Shown here: positions 25,475-32,808 of the stretch, piece by piece
How the letters are laid out: every line of letters begins with the position of its first letter
Numbering within the stretch: position 1 is the stretch's first letter
NCBI GenBank assembly: GCA_046045565.1
Contig: JBJOLO010000551.1
Coordinates: 1-32,967 of the forward strand
DNA: 32,967 nucleotides
From: Planctomycetota bacterium
GTDB taxonomy: Bacteria > Planctomycetota > Planctomycetia > Pirellulales > Pirellulaceae
Direction: 5' to 3'
Notes under the pieces: model-generated
What the model saw: the letters and a program-made list of their open reading frames with translations, nothing else
The model's database searches: none
What the model was told of the DNA's origin: nothing
Made by a program: the position numbers and the translations under genes

Positions 25475-26374
25475 TTAGGCTTCGGAAGGTGCGAGGACCA
25501 GCGCCTTGAGCGCGTCGAGGCTGGCCATGACGTCGGTGGCCGAAACCCGGGACCATGCTTCGGCTTTATGCCGCAGGATCGCCAGCTTAAACGATTCAAA
25601 GGCATCGGCCAGATCGCTCGGTAAGGACGAAAGATCTGCAAAGGGTCGTACCAGCGCGGCCGGCTCCGAAGCCTCGGCATCGTCTGCCGATTCCGACAAC
25701 ATCTCCGCGTGGGTTTCGCCGGTCTCTGCCGCATCGGATGCATCAGCCGTGTCAAACGGCGCCCTTAAATCGGCTTCGTCGGCTGTTTGCGATTCCGCCG
25801 TCTCCGCAGCGACATCTTCATCAAGCTCGCTGGCAACGATTTCCTCTGAGCGAGGGCGAAGTTCTTCGACGGCACCCAAGGTTTCCCACCGCATGCGGCG
25901 CATTTCGGAAACCGACCAATCGTTTTGAACGGCTCCCTCCAGCCACATCTCCGCGTCATTCCACTCGACTGCCGAATGAAAATGGCTCCAATAGAGTCCG
26001 CTGAATTTCTCGAATGTGGCGCCGAAACGTTGAAACACCCGTCGCAGGCGTCCGACATGCTGCGATGTGACGCCGCCGACTCGATTGGCCCACGCCTCGT
26101 CGGAATACTCCGTGGCCGCTGCACCGGACTCAATCAGCGCATCACGCCACTGAGCAATGATGCGGCCCTTCTCCCAATTGGTCGTGCTGACCAGTCGCCG
26201 CCAGCGGCCGACGAAAATTTCGGAGGCCTGCTCGGAGCCGGCGTGCGCTGCATCGGCGTTGGCCGTATTGGATGGTGAAGTATCGGAGGCCGTGGTATCG
26301 CCGCGAGCGGGAACGGTGGAATCGGCAAGGTTTTCCTGTACTTCCTGACTGGCAAAGTCGTCCATCGAATGCAT
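25475..26374 (-). CDS. hypothetical protein: Trp-rich helical core flanked by strongly acidic low-complexity regions
   Basis: An ATG at 26374 gives MHSMDDF.... The core reads NWEKGRIIAQWRDALIE...TSQHVGRLRRVFQRFG...LYWSHFHSAVEWNDAEMWLEGAVQNDWSVSEMRRMRW. The C-terminal half is rich in D/E/A/S. I recognised no family with confidence. Confidence 0.55.
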   Translation of the reverse strand: MHSMDDFASQEVQENLADSTVPARGDTTASDTSPSNTANADAAHAGSEQASEIFVGRWRRLVSTTNWEKGRIIAQWRDALIESGAAATEYSDEAWANRVGGVTSQHVGRLRRVFQRFGATFEKFSGLYWSHFHSAVEWNDAEMWLEGAVQNDWSVSEMRRMRWETLGAVEELRPRSEEIVASELDEDVAAETAESQTADEADLRAPFDTADASDAAETGETHAEMLSESADDAEASEPAALVRPFADLSSLPSDLADAFESFKLAILRHKAEAWSRVSATDVMASLDALKALVLAPSEA

Positions 26375-26575
26375 CCTTTGATTCGCGGGGCCGAAATTCA
26401 AAGGTGCCCACAGTAACAGCTGCCTGAAAGAGAACAAGAGTCGCCGTGGAATCAGCGATTTCTGCAGGAAATACGCGGTTCCGCAGCACGCGAGCGATGG
26501 GGAAAAGTTGTCAACTAAAACGCATCCCATGCCCCGCGACGGGGACGGCCTGCGAGCCGAGTCGTAGCAGGCGGG

Positions 26576-26791
26576 TCAGCTGACGGAGGCTCGAATCGTC
26601 GACTCGAATCCACATTGTTTGTGAGCGCCGTCACAAAACGGTTTGGACTGCGACGCGCCGCAGCGGCACAGGGCAATGTTCGGTTTATCCGTCGGCAGTG
26701 CCAGCGGTGCTCCTGTGCCATCCTTCAACAGAAACGCACCCTGAATCACCAGCGGTCCATCATCACGGATCTTGATTGAGACTTCGCTCAT
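26576..26791 (-). CDS. CDGSH-type iron-sulfur domain protein
   Basis: The signature is CRCGASQSKPFCDGAH (C-x-C-x2-S-x3-P-x-C-D-G-A-H). The only ATG, at 26791, overlaps the end of the upstream anti-sigma gene by 29 nt. Confidence 0.85.
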   Translation of the reverse strand: MSEVSIKIRDDGPLVIQGAFLLKDGTGAPLALPTDKPNIALCRCGASQSKPFCDGAHKQCGFESTIRASVS

Positions 26792-28697
26792 CCTGCTGCC
26801 TCTGTTTATCAATGGCGGGTAATTGCTCAGCGGGCAAGGTGTCTCGTTGTCCCGAGCGTCGCAAGATGATCAGGAAACGAACCGGTGCGTCATCGATTTG
26901 ATCATCCTGCGACAACGGCACGGATCCTGGCGGTGCGTCTTGTGCCCTCGCCCCTGCGTTCACCGCTTGACCCTCGCTGCCTTTCGCCGATGCGCGCTGT
27001 TCGATGTTCGATCCGCCCTGACGCGTGAGGGCCGGATTGAGTGGCCGAGCCGATTGGGATGGTGAAAGAATCCGAGCTTTCGCCACACGGGCTTGGGACA
27101 GATTGGTTCCGGCCGCGCTGTCGCGTTGTTGTTTTGTGGTGGCATCCTGCAACGACGGACTCTCGGTTGGCGGATTGACCGTCGCCGCATCGGCCTGATT
27201 TGACTTGTTCGCCGAAGCCGCAGTTTCCTCGGTTCGAGCCTGCCGCGGTTCCGGCTGATCGCTCCAAGCAACAACGCGTGCGGCAGGCATCGATTCAGCG
27301 AATTGCCGTATCGCTTCCTCCACGCGCGCTCGCGGAGCCTCGATCCAAACCAAGTCCGTTTCGATCGCGGCGTCGTTGTCGCCCGCAAGGTTCTGATTGC
27401 GATCTGCGAGCTCCGTCTCTTTTTTCGCCGTATCTTTCTTTTCGTCTGCTTGTTTCGCCTTGACGTTTTCCGCGGCGGCATTTTCCGCGGCGAAATCTTT
27501 GGCGGCTCCATTTTTCGTGAGACCGGCCCGTTCGTTGTCAGCGTCGTCGCTGGCATGCTGGCTATCCCCGGCTAGGTCGATCGCTTGTGCGGCAAGTGCC
27601 CGAAAGAATCGTGAGCGGGCCTGCGGATCGTTGGCCAGGTCGAGTTGCACAATGGAGAGTCCCGAGTCGCGCGTCGATGGGCTTAGGTTGAGATCGGATC
27701 CAGACCGATCCGCGGCCACTGCATCGGACTCCGATCGACGAGCAAGGGGGGCACCGGCACCCGGAGCTTGTCCGGCAGCGGGCGCGGTCGCGGCACGCAT
27801 CGCACGCGATGCGTCGCCCGATTCCGGCGCCGAAGGCGGGATACTGCGGGCTGCGCTAGCGGGAGCTCGGGGCACCGCCAGTGTCTCGCTGGCGGGAAGT
27901 CCTCCCGCGAGTGCGGGTTCATCGGCGGAAGCGGGGCCACCCGGTGCGCTGTTGCGAAGCCCACCTCCACCCAAGCCACCACCTCCACCCAAGCCACCAC
28001 CTCCACCAAAGCCACCAACACCTCCACCAGCGCCACCGCCGATACCAGCGCCACCGCCGATACCAGCAGCCTGTCCAGCAGCGGCAGGCAACGGGACTCG
28101 GCGTTCCCCAACTCCATCCGCCGTCATTTCCAAGCCTGATTCCGTCATCGGCTCGGACCGCAGTCGCGGTTGGAAATCAGATGCATCCTTTGCTTCTGCT
28201 GCCGACATCGGGGACGCTTCTGCTACCTGCGCCGACGACGGTGCATTGACCATCGGCTGATCCATGACGGACCGCGAAGAGGTTGCGCGTTGCACCATCG
28301 GCAGTCCGGAATTGGCCAGATTCAACGACATCAGAATGAACAGGGAAGCAGCAACGGTCGCCATCAGCCAGAATCCGCGCTGCCAACGTCGGAGCCGTAG
28401 CGAGTCGGGCGTGGTCCGCGGAGTTGTGGTTGGCAAGTTCGAGGTGACGGCGGTGTCCGGCGCCGACCCGGTGAGCATCTGTCGTTCGGCTGCTCGAAGC
28501 ACCCGCTGCGCAAACGCATCGTCTAATTGCTGAACCGGCAAGCTTTGCAGTCCAGCCCGGACGGAACGCAGTTCGTCAAACAAGCGGGCCGCAGCGTGAT
28601 CTTCACGGATCGCTTGTTCTACCAACGCCTGCTCTTCGGCGGTTAATTCGCCGTCAAGGTAAGCACTGATCAATTCGTCGGAAACTTTCCTGCTCAT
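26763..28697 (-). CDS. membrane anti-sigma factor (N-terminal anti-sigma domain, one TM, long low-complexity extracytoplasmic region)
   Basis: The product starts MSRKVSDELISAYLDGELTAEEQALVEQAIREDHAAARLFDEL, a typical ASD opening without the CxxC zinc motif. The TM segment is GFWLMATVAASLFILMSL. The gene lies directly downstream of an ECF sigma gene. Confidence 0.8.
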   Translation of the reverse strand: MSRKVSDELISAYLDGELTAEEQALVEQAIREDHAAARLFDELRSVRAGLQSLPVQQLDDAFAQRVLRAAERQMLTGSAPDTAVTSNLPTTTPRTTPDSLRLRRWQRGFWLMATVAASLFILMSLNLANSGLPMVQRATSSRSVMDQPMVNAPSSAQVAEASPMSAAEAKDASDFQPRLRSEPMTESGLEMTADGVGERRVPLPAAAGQAAGIGGGAGIGGGAGGGVGGFGGGGGLGGGGGLGGGGLRNSAPGGPASADEPALAGGLPASETLAVPRAPASAARSIPPSAPESGDASRAMRAATAPAAGQAPGAGAPLARRSESDAVAADRSGSDLNLSPSTRDSGLSIVQLDLANDPQARSRFFRALAAQAIDLAGDSQHASDDADNERAGLTKNGAAKDFAAENAAAENVKAKQADEKKDTAKKETELADRNQNLAGDNDAAIETDLVWIEAPRARVEEAIRQFAESMPAARVVAWSDQPEPRQARTEETAASANKSNQADAATVNPPTESPSLQDATTKQQRDSAAGTNLSQARVAKARILSPSQSARPLNPALTRQGGSNIEQRASAKGSEGQAVNAGARAQDAPPGSVPLSQDDQIDDAPVRFLIILRRSGQRDTLPAEQLPAIDKQRQQDERSLNQDP

Positions 28698-28716
28698 CAA
28701 CGTACTCGGTTGGATT

Positions 28717-29283
28717 TCATTCCAAGGGGTTTTCCGCCAAGACTTCCTTCAATTCGTCTCGCAATTGCAATCGAGCTCGATGCAGGCGACTCCGCACCGT
28801 GCCGACCGGGAGATTCAAGATCTCGCCGATCGTCTCATAACAGCAGCCGTCGATTTCGCGCAGCACCAGAATCGATCGATGCTCGTCGCTTAACGCCGCC
28901 AATCCCCTGCGAATCTGTTCGGCTCGCTCTTCCCGGAGCAACCGGTCGTGTGCCGATTCCCCAGCGTCCCGCGGCTCCTGATGCGACGTTTCCCGCTGAG
29001 CATCCAACGACACGTTATGCCCCTTGCGCCGCTTGCGCGACATCGCAAAGTTGAAGGCGATGCGATAAAGCCAAGTGTAGAAGGCGCTGGTTCCCTGGAA
29101 GGTTTCCAATTTCACAAATGCCTGCACGAAGGCGTCCTGAACCAGGTCTTCCGACTCCTCCCGGCAACCGATCACGTGAACCAGCGTATTGAATAGGCGA
29201 TCCTGGTACTTTCGAACCAGCAGTCCGAAAGCACTTGAATCCCCAGCCAACGTTGCTTGGATCAAATGGGCGTCGTCTTTCAC
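28717..29283 (-). CDS. ECF (group 4) RNA polymerase sigma-70 family factor
   Basis: Region 2 reads YQDRLFNTLVHVIG...DLVQDAFVQAF...FYTWLYRIAFN. Region 4 reads ILVLREIDGCCYETIGEILNLPVGTVRSRLHRAR. The GTG start overlaps the lgt stop as GTGA. Confidence 0.9.
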   Translation of the reverse strand: MKDDAHLIQATLAGDSSAFGLLVRKYQDRLFNTLVHVIGCREESEDLVQDAFVQAFVKLETFQGTSAFYTWLYRIAFNFAMSRKRRKGHNVSLDAQRETSHQEPRDAGESAHDRLLREERAEQIRRGLAALSDEHRSILVLREIDGCCYETIGEILNLPVGTVRSRLHRARLQLRDELKEVLAENPLE

Positions 29284-30605
29284 CGTCGTGTTACCTGTTC
29301 TGACGATGGAGCCGATTCAAAAGTTCCCGAGTTCGGGCTCAGCGGGCGAAGAATTCCGGGCGGTTTTCGCAGCACGTAAGCCCAGACCCCCAACGAGCCT
29401 GCCAGCAATCCCAGGCTGATCCATTGGGAAATCGTGAGCGACGTGCCGAATTTGCCTGCTTCGTCGTCGCGAATCATTTCCTCCAAGGTCCGGGCGATCG
29501 GGTACATCAGCATCAATAAACCCAGGTTTTCCCCGTCCCGTCGGCGGAAGGGATACCAGGTCCAAAGTACCGCGCACAAAGCGAGCGAGCTGACAAAGCT
29601 GAACAGCTGCACAGGCTGAACCGGCTTGGCCCGCGGAGGAAGCGTGCTGACACTCCAGCGGTATTCCACCCCGTCGGCCATGGTGAGCGAGATTTCCGGA
29701 ACGAAGTCGGCGGACGGATCGAGGTAGGCATCCTTCAAACTCGTTACCGGTCGACCTCGAATCGCCACGATCCGGCCTCCCGGAACCACCGATGCCTTGG
29801 CCGCCGCACTATCGGGCTCGACTGCCCCTACGGTCGGTGTCCCGTCCGGCCCGGCTTCAATACGTATGCCATGCAGCTGGCCTCGACGAAATTGATGCCA
29901 GTACGGGGGGCTTCCTTGCGGAAACTGCACCGTGCAAACTCCCGGGTCGCACGCCCCCGCAAAACAACATCCGTGGCAGAAGCATCCCAAGCGGCCGATC
30001 GCCATGCCGATCGCGAGACTCGGAGCAATCAAATCGCAGGATGGCAGGATCGGCATCCGATAACGCCAAGCGTAGAGGATGCCGGCGGCGAACCCCCCAA
30101 GCACTCCGCCATAAATCACCATGCCGCCCTCGGTGAATTTCAGAAGCTGCTTGACTGTTTCCATGACCGAGTCGCGACGGAAGTCGTCGAAGTACTGCGT
30201 GACGTAAAACGCTCGAGCGCCAACAAAGCCGGCAACACAAGCCACAAACGCCAGCGAGGAGAGTCGCTCCAGGTCCGCCCCCATCTGTTTTGCGCGGTAC
30301 ATCATCATCGCCACGCCGCTGATCGCCCCCAGCATCACCATCGTGCCGAAGCCACGAATCGGTAAGCCCAACGGTTCTCCCTCAAAGCCGCGCTCTTCAA
30401 CTTGAGGCAGCGCCAACCAGATTACCAGGGCGACGACAACGAAAAGCGGAAGGTTGTTCTTCCAATCCGAGGTGCCCGCGCCGCGTCCCATGCCAACCGC
30501 CGTCATCGCGACACCGAAGACAATCCAGATGCCAAGCGCCCATCCGACGCCAAACACCGGAATGCCGAAGAACTCGTGCGGGATGTGGAACAGGGTGTCG
30601 AGCAT
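29280..30605 (-). CDS. lgt: prolipoprotein diacylglyceryl transferase with a ~90-aa PDZ-like insert
   Basis: Lgt hallmarks are present: MLDTLFHIP..FGIPVFGVGWALG, YGGVLGGFAAGILYA, the GRLGCFCHGCCFAG variant of the Lgt signature, and PVQLFS...YPIARTLEEMIRDDE. An ATG at 30605 lies 5 nt after the panC stop. Confidence 0.85.
   Translation of the reverse strand: MLDTLFHIPHEFFGIPVFGVGWALGIWIVFGVAMTAVGMGRGAGTSDWKNNLPLFVVVALVIWLALPQVEERGFEGEPLGLPIRGFGTMVMLGAISGVAMMMYRAKQMGADLERLSSLAFVACVAGFVGARAFYVTQYFDDFRRDSVMETVKQLLKFTEGGMVIYGGVLGGFAAGILYAWRYRMPILPSCDLIAPSLAIGMAIGRLGCFCHGCCFAGACDPGVCTVQFPQGSPPYWHQFRRGQLHGIRIEAGPDGTPTVGAVEPDSAAAKASVVPGGRIVAIRGRPVTSLKDAYLDPSADFVPEISLTMADGVEYRWSVSTLPPRAKPVQPVQLFSFVSSLALCAVLWTWYPFRRRDGENLGLLMLMYPIARTLEEMIRDDEAGKFGTSLTISQWISLGLLAGSLGVWAYVLRKPPGILRPLSPNSGTFESAPSSEQVTRR
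29302..29327 (-). promoter_or_regulatory. ECF-type promoter motif GGAAC-N17-CGTC inside the 3' end of lgt, 18 nt upstream of the sigma start codon
   Basis: The minus strand reads cgGGAACttttgaatcggctccatCGTCagaacaggtaacacgacgGTG. GGAAC corresponds to + strand 29323-29327 and CGTC to 29302-29305. This is a motif match only. Confidence 0.35.
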
Positions 30606-30609
30606 CAAT

Positions 30610-31467
30610 TCATTCGCTGAGGTAGGCGTTGTCGATCAGGCGCGTTGTACCAAGGCGAGCCGCAATCAAAGCGACTGTCCGTTCATCAGCCGATTCGACT
30701 GGCTGCAAACTGTCTCCGTCGGCAATGGCGACGTAATCGATTTGCCGGATGCCGGCGTCGCTCAAGGACCGTTCGATCTCCTGTCGGAAAACACCGGCGT
30801 CGCGAACGCCGTCGCGGTAGCGCTGCCGGGCTGCTCGCAAACCGCGCGATAACGCCGCCGCCTGTTGTCGCTCCGGTTCACTCAAGTAGCGATTCCGTGA
30901 ACTCATTGCCAAGCCGTCCGGCTCGCGTACGGTGGGGCAGACCTGAATTTCGATCGGCAGATCCAGGTCGCAAACCATGCGTCGAATGACCAGCGATTGT
31001 TGGAAGTCTTTTTGACCGAAAAAAGCGATGTGTGCGGGGACCAAATGAAACAGTTTCAGCACCACGGTCGCGACACCGCGAAAGTGCCCGGGCCGGGCTG
31101 TGCCCTCGAGTGTCGTGGCCACCGCGGGTGGTTCCACATAGGTGGAGAAACCGGGCGGATAGATCGCGTCCTTCTCCGGAACGAATACCAGATCGGTGCC
31201 TTCGCTTTTCAGCATGGCAAGATCGCTATCGAGCGTCCGCGGATACTTGCTGAAGTCCTCCTTCGGACCGAACTGAGTCGGATTCACGAAGATGGTTGCC
31301 ACCGCGATGTCGCATGCTGCTCGCGCTTTCCGCACCAGACTCAAATGGCCCTCGTGCAGCGCACCCATCGTCGGTACCAAACCGATACGGCGACCGGATT
31401 CACGCAACGCCAGCACGCACCGCTGCATCTCCCTGCCATCAGTCACTACGTCCATGGGCACTTCCAT
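30610..31467 (-). CDS. panC: pantoate--beta-alanine ligase
   Basis: Motifs include GLVPTMGALHEGHLSLV, VATIFVNPTQFGPKEDFSKYPRTL and FGQKDFQQ. Candidate starts are GTG at 31473 and ATG at 31467 or 31455. Confidence 0.92.
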   Translation of the reverse strand: MEVPMDVVTDGREMQRCVLALRESGRRIGLVPTMGALHEGHLSLVRKARAACDIAVATIFVNPTQFGPKEDFSKYPRTLDSDLAMLKSEGTDLVFVPEKDAIYPPGFSTYVEPPAVATTLEGTARPGHFRGVATVVLKLFHLVPAHIAFFGQKDFQQSLVIRRMVCDLDLPIEIQVCPTVREPDGLAMSSRNRYLSEPERQQAAALSRGLRAARQRYRDGVRDAGVFRQEIERSLSDAGIRQIDYVAIADGDSLQPVESADERTVALIAARLGTTRLIDNAYLSE

Positions 31468-31537
31468 CGGCACTTCGAACGGCTCTTCGATCGGTGTCCT
31501 GTTTTGCGAGACCCGGCGATTGTGAATCGTCGGAAGA

Positions 31538-32608
31538 TCAACGCTCGGGATCGGTCGGGCAGCTTGCCTGCATGGCCGCCAAGGCCTCCTCGACCACCGT
31601 ATTCTCGTCCGCCGTCGTCAAGTGTAACACAGGACCGCGATTCTTTTGAGTCATCTCCTCGCGAAGTGCCGCGGCAAATGCGATCGCTTGCTCAACGGAC
31701 TCAGATGTGCTGGCATCGATCCGCCCGTTTCCGACGGGAGTGTCCAAGAAGAGGGTGAATTTTGCGTCCATCAAAGCAGCCGTCTCAAGGTTCGATCGGG
31801 CGATGGGTTGCGATCGGTCCGGTTCGCGGAGGTAAACGGTCGACCAGGAAAGCAGTTCGCGTAGGGAGTAATCGCTGCAGACCCATTCCTGCGCTGTGAG
31901 GCCTTGGAACAGCGCTGAGGATCGATGCAAAGGAGCCAGCAGCTTCTCGATGAACAAATCGCCCGGCGACGACAGGAGCTGCTCATAGGCAACCGGACAT
32001 TGAATGCGACGCAGGGGAAAGCGGTTTGCAATCGCGGCCATCAACCGGCGCTTTGCCGGCATGTTCACACCGCAGATCACCACGTATTTGGGCGAACGTT
32101 CCATGTGTTCGCGGAGATGCTGCAGCGTCCATCCCGTGCGAGGATCGGTGATTTCGGATGCAACTTCGCAGGCCGGTTCCAACACGAACGCACGAAACGC
32201 CATCCTCGGGTGCGGCAAGACAAGATGCTCGGTGTGGCGCAGCGCGTCACCGACCAGCAACAGGTCGAGATCAACGACGCGCGGTCCCCAACGCTCCTTC
32301 CGCTCGCGTCCCAGTCGCGTCTCGATCCGCTGCAAGACTCCCAGGAGTTGCTCGGGAGCAAGGGTGGTCTCGCATCGTATGACGCCGTTTGTGTAGTCAC
32401 GCTGTCCCGTCGGCCCGCCGACGGCCGTCGTACGATACAGCCGACTGACGCGCGTCACGCGCACGCCCTCGGTCCGTCCCAACGCTTCGATGGCCGCTTG
32501 AAACGTCGCGATGGGATCGCCCTGGTTCGCGCCGAAACCGATCAGTGCCGTAACGGGAGGCCGGGCGACAGCCGAGGTGTCAGTCAGGGAGTCAGGTGGA
32601 TGGGACAT
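31538..32608 (-). CDS. folK: 2-amino-4-hydroxy-6-hydroxymethyldihydropteridine pyrophosphokinase (HPPK) fused to a ~195-aa C-terminal domain with a degenerate P-loop
   Basis: The HPPK part reads ALIGFGANQGDP...RVSRLYRT...GPRVVDLDLLLVGD...LVLPHPRMAFRAFVLEP. The C-terminal part reads YVVICGVNMPAKRRL.... An ATG at 32608 and a TTG at 32638 are both possible starts. Confidence 0.85.
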   Translation of the reverse strand: MSHPPDSLTDTSAVARPPVTALIGFGANQGDPIATFQAAIEALGRTEGVRVTRVSRLYRTTAVGGPTGQRDYTNGVIRCETTLAPEQLLGVLQRIETRLGRERKERWGPRVVDLDLLLVGDALRHTEHLVLPHPRMAFRAFVLEPACEVASEITDPRTGWTLQHLREHMERSPKYVVICGVNMPAKRRLMAAIANRFPLRRIQCPVAYEQLLSSPGDLFIEKLLAPLHRSSALFQGLTAQEWVCSDYSLRELLSWSTVYLREPDRSQPIARSNLETAALMDAKFTLFLDTPVGNGRIDASTSESVEQAIAFAAALREEMTQKNRGPVLHLTTADENTVVEEALAAMQASCPTDPER

Positions 32609-32769
32609 CGACAGGTGCTCCAACCGTTCCTGAAACAACGAAGGCGATGAACTCTGGCGGGAATTGGGTCGGGAAGGTTGGCCGGGACCCGCGCGAAAAG
32701 CATGCTCACGATCAAGATACTAGCGAAATCGGCATGCGCGATACCGATACGCGAGACACCGGCGCCACA

Positions 32770-32808
32770 AATAAAAACGGCGGAGCAGACCTAGTGTCTA
32801 CTCCGCCG
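32770..32808 (-). terminator. Rho-independent terminator on the minus strand
   Basis: The stem CGGCGGAG (32778-32785) pairs with CTCCGCCG (32801-32808), with an inner AGAC/GTCT pairing. On the minus strand it is followed by GTTTTTATTTG (+ strand A-run 32771-32777). Confidence 0.7.

Noticed and set aside
27940-28080. Short, regularly repeated DNA could superficially resemble a repeat array or CRISPR.
   Set aside because: The units are 18 nt, contiguous with no spacers, in frame, and encode the Gly-rich block of the anti-sigma factor.
32608-32640. A GGAAC-N15-CGAT motif overlaps the folK start region and could be another ECF promoter.
   Set aside because: The spacing and the -10 do not fit the consensus. 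The motif also overlaps the candidate start codons.
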